From contig JAIOOV010000004.1 of NCBI GenBank assembly GCA_021414235.1, positions 254,456 to 318,455 of the forward strand: a stretch of 64,000 nucleotides of DNA, read 5' to 3'. This DNA is from Candidatus Parcubacteria bacterium. GTDB lineage: Bacteria > Patescibacteriota > Minisyncoccia > Phycocordibacterales > JAKFXT01. The notes under the pieces were generated by a model, which was not told where the DNA came from, made no database searches, and was given only the letters and a program-made list of their open reading frames with translations. Made by a program: the position numbers and the translations under genes. Positions 1-10,409 of the stretch are shown piece by piece. Every line of letters begins with the position of its first letter. Within the stretch, counting starts at the first letter, position 1.

Positions 1-2
1 TC

Positions 3-326
3 CTATATCCCTCCGGATATTTCGTCGATACGTTGGCGGTTCTTCTCACCGCGATCCACCTCCACATCCACGAAGGGGATGGGGTAGACGCGTAAGTTTT
101 TACCGAGGAATTCGCGCAGCTCTGCGCGCTGGCGCTTGAAGAAATTAAGCGCCTCTTCCTCCTTGTCTTCTGGAAGCACGGTAAAGAGTACGGTCACGCG
201 CTTCTTGTCTTGGCTTGCGGTGACACGGGTCACTGTGATGAGTGACGTGCGGTTCGAATTGAGGGAGACGAACTCTGCCGCCCTCTGGCGGATCATCTCG
301 AGCATTCTCTCAGTGCGGTCTTCCAT
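3..326 (-). CDS. rbfA: ribosome-binding factor A; the ORF runs to the window edge at its C-terminus
   Basis: 107 aa with RbfA-like sequence; sits immediately downstream of infB, the conserved infB-rbfA order. Confidence 0.8.
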   Translation of the reverse strand: MEDRTERMLEMIRQRAAEFVSLNSNRTSLITVTRVTASQDKKRVTVLFTVLPEDKEEEALNFFKRQRAELREFLGKNLRVYPIPFVDVEVDRGEKNRQRIDEISGGI

Positions 327-327
327 A

Positions 328-1830
328 TTACTTGGTGACGAAGCGGAAACACTCGAGCTTGTCTCCGGCGGCGATAGAGATCTTGGCTTCTACCAGGAGG
401 CCGCACTCTCCCTCCGTCACCTCGGCGACTTTGGCCTTCAACTGCTGGAGTTCTTCGATCGTGCCACTTCCTACAAGCGCGTCACGGCGGATAATGCGGA
501 ATTCCTCGCGATTGTGGAGCGTGCCTGATTCGATGCGGCCGCCCACCACCTGACGGTCTCTGTTCTGGCTGAAGACCTTGAGGATGCGCAGGGTGCCGGT
601 GATTTCTTCGGAGGTCACCTTGGGGGTGCGTTCGATCACGATGGTGGCGAACCACTCTGCGAGCGCGTAGATGATGTCGTAGGAGACGATGGTGATGTTG
701 AGGCGCTCTGCTATCTCTCTTGCTCTCGCATCAGCGTCCACGTTGAAGCCAATGACAATAGCGCCTGGGGTGCCGCTTCCGAGCTTTACGTCGTTCTCGG
801 TGATGGTGCCTACGGACTGCTGGAGTATCTTCACCTTTACGAATTCCGTCTCGAGCTTCTTGAGCTCATGAGCTACTGCCTCGGCGCTTCCGAGTACGTC
901 AGTCTTAATGACCACAGGAATCACTGCGGTCTCGGGAGTGTAGCTCTCGGAGGGTGCGCGTCCGCGGGTGGTCTTGGCGCGCTCATCTTCCGCAAAGGCT
1001 TCCGCTTCCTTCTTGCTTCCGAAAGAGCCGAAACGAAGGCCTACTGCAGGCACGCTGCTCCAGCCGGTGATGACTACGGGAAGTGAAGGGGTAGCGCTCT
1101 CGATCGCGCTCCCTTTGAAGTCTTCTATGTTGCGCACCGGGGTGATGCTCTCGCCTGCGGCGAGGAAGGTACCTTTCTTCAAGGTGCCATTAGTAAGTAT
1201 GAGGGTGGCGGTGATGCCGCGGCGCTTGTCCATGTGGGCTTCCGCCACGATGCCCTCTGCAGGGAGCGAGAGGTCAGAGGTGAGGCCTGCGAGGTCGGCA
1301 GTGAGGAGGATGAGGTCGAGCAGGTTCGGTACGCCCTCTCCGGTCTTGGCCGAGATTGCTGCCCAGGGGATATCGCCGCCGTAGCCTTCGATGTAGATCT
1401 CCTGCTCAGCCAGGTTCTGCTTGGTCTTCTCCACGTTCGCTCCAGGTTTGTCGATCTTGTTGATCGCTACGACGTAGGGGATACCGGCTTCCTTGATGGC
1501 GCGGAGCGCTTCAAGCGTCTGCGGCTTTACGCCGTCTTCTGCAGAGACTACCAGGATGGCTACGTCGGCGACGCGTGCGCCGCGGATGCGCATAGCTTGG
1601 AAGGCTGCGTGCCCTGGGGTGTCGAGGAAGGTGATGCGGCGGTCAGCGCCGTTCTCGCCTTTGTGGAGCACTTCGTAGGCAGAGAGGTGCTGGGTGATGC
1701 CGCCGGCCTCTCCTGCGACCACGTTTGATTTTCGGATGTAGTCGAGCAGTGTTGACTTGCCATGGTCGATATGGCCCATCACCACGACGATGGGGGGACG
1801 CGCGGTAGGCTGGGCTGGGAGGGTAGACAT
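328..1830 (-). CDS. infB: translation initiation factor IF-2, short form (G domain plus C-terminal domains only)
   Basis: Translational GTPase G1 motif [12 protein letters not shown], plus DTPGH and NKID motifs; 500 aa. Confidence 0.9.
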   Translation of the reverse strand: MSTLPAQPTARPPIVVVMGHIDHGKSTLLDYIRKSNVVAGEAGGITQHLSAYEVLHKGENGADRRITFLDTPGHAAFQAMRIRGARVADVAILVVSAEDGVKPQTLEALRAIKEAGIPYVVAINKIDKPGANVEKTKQNLAEQEIYIEGYGGDIPWAAISAKTGEGVPNLLDLILLTADLAGLTSDLSLPAEGIVAEAHMDKRRGITATLILTNGTLKKGTFLAAGESITPVRNIEDFKGSAIESATPSLPVVITGWSSVPAVGLRFGSFGSKKEAEAFAEDERAKTTRGRAPSESYTPETAVIPVVIKTDVLGSAEAVAHELKKLETEFVKVKILQQSVGTITENDVKLGSGTPGAIVIGFNVDADARAREIAERLNITIVSYDIIYALAEWFATIVIERTPKVTSEEITGTLRILKVFSQNRDRQVVGGRIESGTLHNREEFRIIRRDALVGSGTIEELQQLKAKVAEVTEGECGLLVEAKISIAAGDKLECFRFVTK

Positions 1831-1928
1831 GATAAGTGGGAGGTGCCGGGGAGGGGTTCCGGCGTTATAGGCGCAAATTATACTTAAAATCAGCCATTTT
1901 GCAAAAAGGCGGAAGCGAGTAGAATCGG

Positions 1929-3131
1929 ATGATGAGTCTTCTCAGTACCCTCCGTGCACGCTTTTTTGGCTCCTCTCGGATCTATGCGGATTATGCTGCC
2001 GCGACGCCTGTCTCTCCGGAGGTTGTAGAAGAGGTGTCGCGTGCCCTCCGTGATCTCCGCGGTAACCCCGCTTCGGTGCATAGCGGGGGAAGAGCCGCGC
2101 GTACGCTTCTTGAGGCGGCACGCACGCGCGTGGCGCGCGTGCTCTCGGCGCATGCAGACGAGATCGTCTTCACGAGCGGAGGTACTGAGAGCAACAATCT
2201 GGCTCTCCTAGGGGTGGTACACGTTTCGGATACCCCGCGGCCGCATCTCATTAGCTCTGCAATCGAGCATGGGAGCGTGCTCGAACCCCTTCGTCATTTG
2301 GAGAAGGGTGGAGCAGCTCTCACTCTGCTTAGGGTGGATGCGAGCGGCAGGATCTCACTCGAGGATCTCTCTGAGGCGCTTCGTCCTGAGACGCTTCTCG
2401 TCTCTGTCGCCTTCGCGAATGGAGAGATCGGCTCCGTAGAGCGTCTCCGCGATATTTCTCGCGTCCTCAAGGCCTACCGCGAGAAACTCGGGCGAGGGAA
2501 ACATGGCGCTCCGTATCTCCATACGGATGCGAGCCAGGCAGGGCTCTATCTCTCTGTCCACCCTGGGGATTTGGGCGTTGACCTCCTTACGCTCGATGCT
2601 GGTAAGCTCTACGGACCTACGGGAGCAGGACTTCTCTATGTGCGGCGCGGCCTCTCCTTAGAGCCTCTCTTTTATGGCGGAGGACAGGAGAGAGGACTCC
2701 GCTCCGGTACGGAGAATATCCCCGGAGCTGTGGGACTCGCGGCCGCGCTCGAGCGCGCCGCGCTTTCTCGGAAGAATGAGAGCGCACGTCTGCGCAAGCT
2801 CTCGCTTCATTTCAAGAAGCGTCTTAAGGAGCTTCTGCTGGAGGTCGAGTTCAATGGTTCTCCCGAGGAAGGCCTGCCGCATATCGTGAATGTTACGGTG
2901 CCAGGGATCGACGCGGAGTTCGCTCTGGTGAAGCTCGATACTCTGGGCGTGAGTGCGTCGTCTGCAAGCGCCTGCCGCAGCATCGCCGCAGAGGGCGCCT
3001 CTTATGTGATTGAGGCGCTTCCGGGAAGGAAGGGAGCCGGAGTCTCTTCTTTGCGCTTCAGTTTCGGAGGAAGCACCACGCAGGCTGAGGTAGAGAGGAT
3101 TGCCCTCATTCTCAAGGGTATCGTGGGATAG
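1929..3131 (+). CDS. cysteine desulfurase (class V aminotransferase, IscS/NifS-like)
   Basis: SGGTESNN motif, HKLYGPTGAGLLYVRRG PLP-lysine region, conserved active-site Cys region SASSAC; 400 aa. Confidence 0.85.
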   Translation: MMSLLSTLRARFFGSSRIYADYAAATPVSPEVVEEVSRALRDLRGNPASVHSGGRAARTLLEAARTRVARVLSAHADEIVFTSGGTESNNLALLGVVHVSDTPRPHLISSAIEHGSVLEPLRHLEKGGAALTLLRVDASGRISLEDLSEALRPETLLVSVAFANGEIGSVERLRDISRVLKAYREKLGRGKHGAPYLHTDASQAGLYLSVHPGDLGVDLLTLDAGKLYGPTGAGLLYVRRGLSLEPLFYGGGQERGLRSGTENIPGAVGLAAALERAALSRKNESARLRKLSLHFKKRLKELLLEVEFNGSPEEGLPHIVNVTVPGIDAEFALVKLDTLGVSASSASACRSIAAEGASYVIEALPGRKGAGVSSLRFSFGGSTTQAEVERIALILKGIVG

Positions 3132-3179
3132 GCTGTTCCATTCTTTCATTCCTCTTCTGTTCTGCTACTATTCACGCAT

Positions 3180-4007
3180 ATGGATATAGACGATCTTAAT
3201 AAGACGCAGATCATCCTCCTCACTCTCCTCGTGAGCTTCGTCACCTCTATCGCTACCGGCATCGTGACGGTCTCTCTCGTCGAACAGGCGCCCCCGTCCT
3301 TCACCCAGACGGTGAATCGCGTAGTGGAGCGTACTGTGGAGAAAGTGGTGCCCACCGCTACCCCGAAGCCTGGCACGACAGTGAAAGAGACTACGGTGGT
3401 GGTGAAGGAAGAGGATTTGCTCATCAAATCTATCGAGAAGAATCAGCAAGCATTGCACACACTGCGGATGAAAGCAGAGAATGCGGATGGTACCCCTGGA
3501 GAGATATTCCTCGGCTGGGCTACACTGCTCTCTGCAGAGGGGGTAGCCGCTACTGACCTCGCGCTTATCGGAGAGGGCAACAGCTATATCCTCGAGGATG
3601 CAGCGGGGAAGCGGCGTGACGGCACGGTGCTCCTTCGTGACCGCGCTTCGGGCATAGCGCTCCTGAAGATCGCTAAGGCTGAAGGGGACAAGGTGGTGTT
3701 CGCGCCGGTACCCTTCGCGGATGCTTCTTCTGTTCGTCTCGGTCAGAGCGTCATAGCCTTCGGCGGCCGCCTCAAGCCTTCTGTCTCCGTAGGTATCGTC
3801 TCCTCTTCCTCGAAAGGGGAGGAGAATGCGAGCTCCACTGCAATGGTTCTCAAGAGCGTAGACGCGAGCATCAATCCGCCAGGCGGGATCACTGGTGGTC
3901 CGCTCACCAATATCTTTGGCGAACTGGTGGCCCTCTCCGTCTCCGAAGGAGCGGGCACTTCCTACGCTCCGGTGTCCGCTCTCGCAGCGCTCCTGAGAAA
4001 GCTCTAA
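3180..4007 (+). CDS. membrane-anchored HtrA/DegP-like trypsin-fold protein with all three catalytic residues substituted (pseudo-protease), no PDZ domain
   Basis: N-terminal TM helix. S1C-like blocks: GVAATDLALI in place of TNNHVV, SGIALLKI in place of TDIAVLKI, GGITGGPL in place of GNSGGPL. Confidence 0.6.
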   Translation: MDIDDLNKTQIILLTLLVSFVTSIATGIVTVSLVEQAPPSFTQTVNRVVERTVEKVVPTATPKPGTTVKETTVVVKEEDLLIKSIEKNQQALHTLRMKAENADGTPGEIFLGWATLLSAEGVAATDLALIGEGNSYILEDAAGKRRDGTVLLRDRASGIALLKIAKAEGDKVVFAPVPFADASSVRLGQSVIAFGGRLKPSVSVGIVSSSSKGEENASSTAMVLKSVDASINPPGGITGGPLTNIFGELVALSVSEGAGTSYAPVSALAALLRKL

Positions 4008-4023
4008 GTTTTAAATAATCTTT

Positions 4024-4794
4024 ATGCGCATCGGCGTCCTCGGTTGTTTCTATGGATGCGCCGAAGCGCTTCCTAAGGTGCTCGCGCCGTGGCTTTCCGT
4101 TAAAGAAAAAGGGAAGGCAGGGGGGCATGAATTCGTCATCTCCGCAGTGCACGCGCAGTTTAAGGAGTACGCGGATATGGGCATCCCGAATACTGACGAA
4201 GCTACGAGGGCTCTGCTTGAGCAGTACGCGAGGGTGCCTGAGTCTGGCCTCGACTTCTTTCATCACTCCGCTGTCCCGCTCCCTGAGCACGAAGCGCGTA
4301 CTATCCCGCTCAACTATCTTCTCTCAAAAGACGTCGATCTCGTCTGGCTTCTTGATGGCGATGAGTTCTATACGGAAGAGGAGATCGAACGCATCCTCTC
4401 GCATGTCTCCTTCTTCGGGATGTTCGACTACTACCGCCTCTTCCTCAAGACCTATATCTTCGACGGTACTGTGTGGATGGATGACTTCGCGCCTCCTCGG
4501 ATATTCTCAGTAAAGAAGCATGGCGGAGCGCTGGAGTTCTATTGGGACAACAATCTGCGTTTCAAAGATGGTACGGATCACTCTTCCGCGAGCGAGCACC
4601 TCATCCCTAAGGAAGTGGCCTTCGTGCGCCATCTCACTTGGCTCCATGGGGGCGGGGAGAAGAAGGTGGCCTATCAGAAAAAGCGCTTCGGGGATTGCTC
4701 TTTTCGGTTCAATACAGAGAAGGGAGAGCTTGAGTTTGATCCGGAGTATTTTGCCAAATACAAGGAGCCCATTCCGCAACTATTCAAGGATTAG
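4024..4794 (+). CDS. hypothetical protein, possible GT-A-fold glycosyltransferase
   Basis: DGDEF (DxD-like) motif; first gene of a run of glycosylation genes. Weak evidence. Confidence 0.35.
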   Translation: MRIGVLGCFYGCAEALPKVLAPWLSVKEKGKAGGHEFVISAVHAQFKEYADMGIPNTDEATRALLEQYARVPESGLDFFHHSAVPLPEHEARTIPLNYLLSKDVDLVWLLDGDEFYTEEEIERILSHVSFFGMFDYYRLFLKTYIFDGTVWMDDFAPPRIFSVKKHGGALEFYWDNNLRFKDGTDHSSASEHLIPKEVAFVRHLTWLHGGGEKKVAYQKKRFGDCSFRFNTEKGELEFDPEYFAKYKEPIPQLFKD

Positions 4795-4814
4795 GGCTGT
4801 GGTAGTGTGTCCGT

Positions 4815-5597
4815 ATGAAGCCGTCTCTCGAGGTTATCCTGCGCACTCATTCGACGAGCGACGTGCATCCTGGGGTGCGGGTAGTGGGCCCGGAAGTATC
4901 AAAACTTGAGGTCATTAGGCGCTCTCTGCGCTCGCTTGCGTTCTCCCTCTCGGAGGCGCACCGCGCGGGACTCGCGGACATAAAGCTCTCGATCCTGGAC
5001 GATCATTCTTCTCCTGAGACGGTTTCCTTCCTCGAGCATTTCGCGGCCGCGCTCCCGTTCTCAGCAGAGGTGTATCCGCTTGAGGGAGAGGGGAATGCGG
5101 TTTCGCTCGCGGCCTGCTTCGTGCGTGGTCGCGCCTCGAATGCAGACCTCCTCTATTTCGTAGAGGATGACTACCTGCATGTTCCTGAGGCCTTGAGCGA
5201 GATGCTGGAGAGCTATGCGCTCTTCTCCAAGAATCTGGGAGGACGCCCCGTCGCGCTTTTCCCGGCGGACGATCCTTCTTTCTACCGGCCCAACACTTTC
5301 GTACCCTCGCGGGTGGTCACGGGCTCCCATCGTCACTGGCGCACCAACGTGCAGACCACGTGTACGTTCTTCCTTCCTCGTTCTGTACTCGAGATGCACT
5401 ACCCAGTATTCGAAGAGCTCACCAGGAACGGTGTGGATGAGGGGAGCTCCATCAATCGCCTCTGGCAGGGTCCTGTTACGCTCTTCACCCCGCTGCCGAG
5501 CCTCGCGGCGCATCTCCAGTTCTCTGATTGCATCCCGCCGCTCTTCGATTGGAAGAGCCTCTGGGAGCGGTACGCTATCGAACCTCGTTATGTATAA
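4815..5597 (+). CDS. glycosyltransferase family 2-like
   Basis: GT2-like N-terminal block EVILRTHSTSD...ILDDHS and FVEDDY DxD motif. Confidence 0.5.
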   Translation: MKPSLEVILRTHSTSDVHPGVRVVGPEVSKLEVIRRSLRSLAFSLSEAHRAGLADIKLSILDDHSSPETVSFLEHFAAALPFSAEVYPLEGEGNAVSLAACFVRGRASNADLLYFVEDDYLHVPEALSEMLESYALFSKNLGGRPVALFPADDPSFYRPNTFVPSRVVTGSHRHWRTNVQTTCTFFLPRSVLEMHYPVFEELTRNGVDEGSSINRLWQGPVTLFTPLPSLAAHLQFSDCIPPLFDWKSLWERYAIEPRYV

Positions 5598-6138
5598 GCT
5601 CAACCTTGGCTGCGGCTACGACAAGATTCCTGGGTATGAGAACGTGGACTCTGCTCCGGAGTGCGCGCCTGACCGCGTAGTAGATCTTGAGAAGTTTCCT
5701 TGGCCGTGGAAGGACGTGAGCGTAGAGGAAGTGCTTCTCACTCATACGCTCGAGCATCTCGGACGCGAGCCAGAGGTATATATGAAAATCTGGCAGGAGC
5801 TGTGGCGCATTTGTATCCCTGGTGCGCGTATCCATATCGCAGTGCCTCACCCGCGGCACGACAATTTCGCGCATGATCCGACCCATGTGCGCGCGGTGAC
5901 TCCGGAGAGTCTTGTGCTCCTTGATCAGGCCCTGCACCCGCAGGGCTTAGGCGCACGGTATGGCATAGATTTCCGTCTCATACCCGAGAGCGTGGAATTC
6001 TTCTATGTATCTGAAGCGGCGGAAGCAGTTAAGCAGGGGAGGCTCTCGCTCCCGGCGCTCGAGCACCTGCGCGCGCGGCAATATAATGTGTCGAATGAGA
6101 TTCGTATGACCTTGGAAGTGAGGAAGCCTACTCTATGA
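5590..6138 (+). CDS. class I SAM-dependent methyltransferase
   Basis: N-terminal LNLGCG motif I (MYKLNLGCGYD). The ATG at 5590 overlaps the upstream stop codon (ATGTATAA). The longer 5215 ORF is an out-of-frame extension. Confidence 0.6.
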   Translation: MYKLNLGCGYDKIPGYENVDSAPECAPDRVVDLEKFPWPWKDVSVEEVLLTHTLEHLGREPEVYMKIWQELWRICIPGARIHIAVPHPRHDNFAHDPTHVRAVTPESLVLLDQALHPQGLGARYGIDFRLIPESVEFFYVSEAAEAVKQGRLSLPALEHLRARQYNVSNEIRMTLEVRKPTL

Positions 6139-7517
6139 ACGACATCCTTTCCATAATCAATTCCCTCAAGGAGGCAGGAGAGTACACGGCTGCGCGTGAA
6201 GTGGCCTTGGCTGCGCTCAGGCGCTCTCCCAGCTATCCTCCGCTTCTCCAGGCACTCGCGGAGATCACCTTCACTATGAATCGCTACGAAGAAGCGCTCG
6301 AGTGCCTGGAGGCGCTCCGGGCGCAGGGGATAGATAACGCCAATCTCTCTTTTAATCGCGCGCAGTGCCTCTATTTCACTTTCCGCGCGCCGGAGGCGAT
6401 CCCATTGCTTCGCTCTGTCATTGCCGCTCATCCAGGGGAGGCCTCGCTTCTTGCGACGCTCGCTCTCTATCTCGCTTCCGTAGGCGAGAACGAGGAGAGC
6501 TACGCCCTCCTCAAGAGTATCCCTGCTGAGACTCCCGGGGTACGCGCACAGCTCGGCTGGCATATGCTGCGCGAAGGTCATTTCCAGGAAGCCTTCAAGA
6601 ATCTGCAGTTCGAGAAGGGTGTCTGGCACGCGGAGAAGATCTATGACCTGCCTCAAGAGAAGCTCTATGCAGCCGGACTCCCGCTCCAAGGGAAGCGTAT
6701 CTTCGTGGTGAGCGAGGGAGGCCTTGGGGATGAGATCCTCTTCACTCGGTTTATCCAGATTCTTAAAAGCCGCGGCGCGTACGTCATCTTCGGCTGTTCT
6801 CCAGAACTCTGGAGCATCCTCAGAGACTCGCCGTCTGCCCCGCATGAGTTCCGGAAGATAACGGAGGTGAAGGGGCAGGAGTACGATTACTATGCTCCCC
6901 TGATGAGTCTGCCCATCCTCCTTGAATGCACCAACCCATATTCTGGTATCAGTATCCCGTATCTCTCTGCAGATCCGGCATACGTAGAGAAATGGAAGCC
7001 GAAGGTCGCCAAGGTAGCAAACGGCAAACCCGCGATAGCTATTAGGTGGCAGGGCAAGATGGAGCTGGAGTATCGGCAGGCACGTGCGGTTTCTGTACAG
7101 GAGATGCTGCCGCTTGCGGAGCTCGGAGCGCTCTTCTCCATCCAGCGAGACAATGGATTGGAGGAGCTCCGTAAGAATGACCCGGTGTATGATCTCGGCC
7201 CCGATCTCGTCTCCTGGGATGAGACGCTCGGTGTCCTCGCGAATATGGATTACGTGGTGACCTCTTGCACCTCGACCGTGCATATCGCGGGTGCCATGGG
7301 GAAGAAGACCGCGCTCATCGCCGCCTTCTCATACCCGCTCTACTTCCCCTGGGCAGTGCCTGGAGAGAAAACCGATTGGTATCCTTCAGTAAAAGTCTTC
7401 CGACAGACGCGGTATAATGATTGGAAAGGGGCCATACAAGCAGCGTACGAATGGATTAAGAAAGATATAGAAGAAACTCGCAAGGAAAAATTGACAGCAA
7501 CAAAAAACGGGGTATAA
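6135..7517 (+). CDS. TPR-repeat protein fused to a glycosyltransferase family 9 (heptosyltransferase-like) domain
   Basis: N-terminal TPR-like helical repeats; C-terminal block GKRIFVVSEGGLGDEILF ... MDYVVTSCTSTVHIAGAMGKKTALI resembles the GT9 C-terminus; ATGA start/stop overlap with the methyltransferase. Confidence 0.55.
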   Translation: MNDILSIINSLKEAGEYTAAREVALAALRRSPSYPPLLQALAEITFTMNRYEEALECLEALRAQGIDNANLSFNRAQCLYFTFRAPEAIPLLRSVIAAHPGEASLLATLALYLASVGENEESYALLKSIPAETPGVRAQLGWHMLREGHFQEAFKNLQFEKGVWHAEKIYDLPQEKLYAAGLPLQGKRIFVVSEGGLGDEILFTRFIQILKSRGAYVIFGCSPELWSILRDSPSAPHEFRKITEVKGQEYDYYAPLMSLPILLECTNPYSGISIPYLSADPAYVEKWKPKVAKVANGKPAIAIRWQGKMELEYRQARAVSVQEMLPLAELGALFSIQRDNGLEELRKNDPVYDLGPDLVSWDETLGVLANMDYVVTSCTSTVHIAGAMGKKTALIAAFSYPLYFPWAVPGEKTDWYPSVKVFRQTRYNDWKGAIQAAYEWIKKDIEETRKEKLTATKNGV

Positions 7518-7533
7518 TATAGCTAAATACGCC

Positions 7534-10218
7534 ATGCCCCCCTTCCAACACTTTACAACTAAAGCTCGGGATGCCATCCGCAAGGCCCATGAACTGGCCA
7601 TCGAGCGGGGGCAGAACCAGGTAAACCCGCTTCATCTTGCGGCTGCGCTCCTCCTTCAAGAAGAGAGCATGGTGTTTTCCGTACTCGAAGTGCTCGAGGT
7701 AGACGTCGCACATCTCACTGACACCATCCTTGAGACCATGGAGACGCCGGAGACCTCCTCCACGCTCTCTCCTTCATATCAAATCTACCTCACCTCGGAT
7801 CTCGCCCAGGTACTCGAATATTCTTCCAAGGTCGCTTCCGGCATGCGCGATGAGTTCGTCTCCGTGGAGCATCTCTTCGTGGCGCTTCTCGAAGTGCCCT
7901 CTGGCGCGCGCGACGTCTTCTCCCGCTACCGCCTTACTAAAGAAGTCGTTCTTAAAACGCTCCAAGAGTTTCGTAAAGGAAAGGTGGCGGAGACCAAGGA
8001 GCCGAAGAAGGCTCGTGCGCTAGCCAAGTACACCCGCAATCTCACCGAGCTCGCTCAGAAGAACAAGCTTGATCCGGTGATCGGCCGCGACGCAGAGATC
8101 TCTCGCATCATCCAGGTGCTCTCCCGCCGCACTAAGAACAACCCTCTCCTCATCGGTGAAGCGGGCGTCGGTAAGACCGCTATCGCGGAAGGTCTCGCCA
8201 TCCGCATCGCAAACGGCGACGTGCCGGAGTCCCTCAAGGGCAAAGAACTCGTCTCGCTCGACCTCGGTCTCCTCATCGCAGGTACTAAGTATCGTGGAGA
8301 GTTCGAAGAGCGCCTCAAGGGCATCATGAAGGAGATCGAGCGCGCGGAAGGGAAGATCATTGTCTTCATCGACGAGATCCACACCATTGTGGGGGCAGGT
8401 GCTGCCGAGGGTGCTATGGATGCGTCCAACATGCTGAAGCCGGCGCTCGCACGCGGTGAGCTTCGCGCTATTGGCGCCACCACACTCAAGGAGTTCCAGC
8501 GCCACATCGAGAAGGACCCGGCGCTCACCCGCCGCTTCCAGCCGGTCTATGTGCTTGAACCGTCTGTAGAAGACGCCGTCGCCATTCTTCGTGGTCTCAA
8601 GGAGAAGTATGAGCTCTACCACGGCGTGCGTATCACGGATGACGCCATCCTTGCTGCAGTGAACCTCTCCAGCCGCTACATCACCGATCGCTTCCTCCCC
8701 GACAAGGCGGTAGACCTCATCGACGAAGCTGCTTCTGCGCTCCGCATCTCTCTCGAGAACAAGCCGCCCGCGCTCGAAGAGGCGCATCGCAAGATCCTTC
8801 GCCTCGAGATCGAGAAGGAGGCACTCAAGAAGGAGGCTGACAGCTCCGAGGGTAAGAACGCCAAGAGCCGTACCAAGACCATTGACCGCGAGATCGCTGA
8901 GCTCCGCGAGAAGACACATGATCTTGAACTCCGTTGGAACAACGAGAAGGATATCCTCGGTAGTATCCGCTCCATCAAGAAAGAGCTCGAAGAGCTCCGC
9001 ATGGAGGCGGAGCGCACGGAAGCGCGTGCTGATCTCGCGCGTTCTGCCGAGATCCGCTACGGCAAGATCCCGCAGCTTGAGAAGGAGCTCGAAGGGAAGA
9101 ACAAGCGCTTGGAGAAGCTGCAGCGCTCCCGCCGTATCCTCAAAGAAGAGGTCGCAGAGAGCGATATCGCCGACGTGGTGGCACGTTGGACCGGCATCCC
9201 TGTATTCCGCATGCTCGAAGCGGAGGCTTCCAAGCTCTCCCGCATGGAGGATGAGCTTAGGAAGCGCGTGGTGGGCCAGGAGGAGGCCATCCGCAAGGTC
9301 TCCGAGGCCGTACGCCGCTCGCGTGCAGGTATCAGCGATCCGGATCGCCCAATCGGCTCTTTCATCTTCCTCGGCCCTACCGGCGTCGGTAAGACCGAGC
9401 TCACCCGCGCGCTCGCGGAATTCATGTTTGATACCGACAAGGCGCTTATCCGTATCGACATGTCCGAGTACATGGAGAAGCACTCCGTCTCCCGCCTCAT
9501 CGGAGCGCCCCCGGGCTACGTGGGCCATGAGGAGGGCGGCACGCTCACTGAAGTTGTGCGCCACCGTCCTTACTCCGTCCTGCTTTTTGACGAGATAGAG
9601 AAGGCTCATCCGGAAGTCTTCAATATCCTCCTCCAGGTGCTCGACAACGGCCGCCTGACCGATTCCAAGGGCCGCACCGTCAATTTCAAGAACACCATCA
9701 TCATCATGACCTCGAACATCGGGGCGCAATACATCGATAAGATGGAGCAGATCGGCTTCAACACGAGCCGGGGGAGCGCGGACAAGCAGTACAACCTCAC
9801 CAAGGAGAAGGTGCAGGCTGCACTCAAGGACTTCTTCCGTCCTGAGTTCCTCAACCGTCTCGATGACGTCATCATTTTCGACATCTTGAAGCCGGAGATC
9901 GTGCATCAGATCGTCTCCATCCAGGTAGACATCGTACAGAAGCGCCTCGCGGAGAAGGAGATTAATCTGGAGTTCCAGGACGGCGTCATCGACCTCCTCG
10001 CCAAGGAGGGTTACGATCCGCATTACGGCGCACGACCGCTGAAGCGTCTCATCCAGACCAGGATCCTCAATCCGGTGGCCACTCTCATGATCAACAAGGG
10101 CGTCGCCCAAGGTGGCACCATCATCGTCGGCCTCAAGGACAAGGAATTCACTTTCGAGGTGAAGAAAGGGAAGCGCACTGCTGCTACTTTTGTAGATGCA
10201 GACAAGGTGCTCGCATAG
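7534..10218 (+). CDS. clpB: ATP-dependent chaperone ClpB
   Basis: Clp N domain, two AAA+ modules (GEAGVGKT and GPTGVGKT Walker A motifs), long coiled-coil M domain between them; 894 aa. Confidence 0.9.
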   Translation: MPPFQHFTTKARDAIRKAHELAIERGQNQVNPLHLAAALLLQEESMVFSVLEVLEVDVAHLTDTILETMETPETSSTLSPSYQIYLTSDLAQVLEYSSKVASGMRDEFVSVEHLFVALLEVPSGARDVFSRYRLTKEVVLKTLQEFRKGKVAETKEPKKARALAKYTRNLTELAQKNKLDPVIGRDAEISRIIQVLSRRTKNNPLLIGEAGVGKTAIAEGLAIRIANGDVPESLKGKELVSLDLGLLIAGTKYRGEFEERLKGIMKEIERAEGKIIVFIDEIHTIVGAGAAEGAMDASNMLKPALARGELRAIGATTLKEFQRHIEKDPALTRRFQPVYVLEPSVEDAVAILRGLKEKYELYHGVRITDDAILAAVNLSSRYITDRFLPDKAVDLIDEAASALRISLENKPPALEEAHRKILRLEIEKEALKKEADSSEGKNAKSRTKTIDREIAELREKTHDLELRWNNEKDILGSIRSIKKELEELRMEAERTEARADLARSAEIRYGKIPQLEKELEGKNKRLEKLQRSRRILKEEVAESDIADVVARWTGIPVFRMLEAEASKLSRMEDELRKRVVGQEEAIRKVSEAVRRSRAGISDPDRPIGSFIFLGPTGVGKTELTRALAEFMFDTDKALIRIDMSEYMEKHSVSRLIGAPPGYVGHEEGGTLTEVVRHRPYSVLLFDEIEKAHPEVFNILLQVLDNGRLTDSKGRTVNFKNTIIIMTSNIGAQYIDKMEQIGFNTSRGSADKQYNLTKEKVQAALKDFFRPEFLNRLDDVIIFDILKPEIVHQIVSIQVDIVQKRLAEKEINLEFQDGVIDLLAKEGYDPHYGARPLKRLIQTRILNPVATLMINKGVAQGGTIIVGLKDKEFTFEVKKGKRTAATFVDADKVLA

Positions 10219-10271
10219 GCAGGGACTCTAGCTTCCATTTTGCGCCGCTCTGGTGTAATTTAGAGGCCATT

Positions 10272-10354
10272 GCGCAGGTGGTAGAGCGGTCAATTACAAG
10301 AGACTGTAAATCTCTCGCCTTCGGGCTACGGGGGTTCGAATCCCTCCCTGCGCA
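10272..10354 (+). tRNA. tRNA-Tyr (anticodon GUA), type II long variable arm
   Basis: Acceptor GCGCAGG/CCTGCGC, D-loop GAGCGGTCAAT, anticodon loop CTGTAAA, T-arm GGGGGTTCGAATCCCTC, discriminator A. Confidence 0.8.
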
Positions 10355-10363
10355 CACGTAAAC

Positions 10364-10390
10364 AAAGAGCGCCTCCGGGCGCTTTTTGTT
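10364..10390 (+). terminator. rho-independent terminator after tRNA-Tyr
   Basis: Hairpin AGCGCC-tccg-GGCGCT followed by TTTTTGTT. Confidence 0.6.
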
Positions 10391-10409
10391 GTGGTATCAT
10401 GAGCAGACT

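Noticed and set aside
1234-1728. Plus-strand ORFs within infB
   Set aside because: They are antisense to a complete IF-2 with canonical GTPase motifs
5215-5589. N-terminal 125-aa extension of the methyltransferase ORF
   Set aside because: It is out of frame with GT2 and entirely inside it, with an R/S-rich translation. The LNLGCG motif sits right after the ATG at 5590, which overlaps the GT2 stop
8020-10110. 696-aa minus-strand ORF overlapping clpB
   Set aside because: It is antisense to an unambiguous ClpB. Its translation is low-complexity with no recognisable domains
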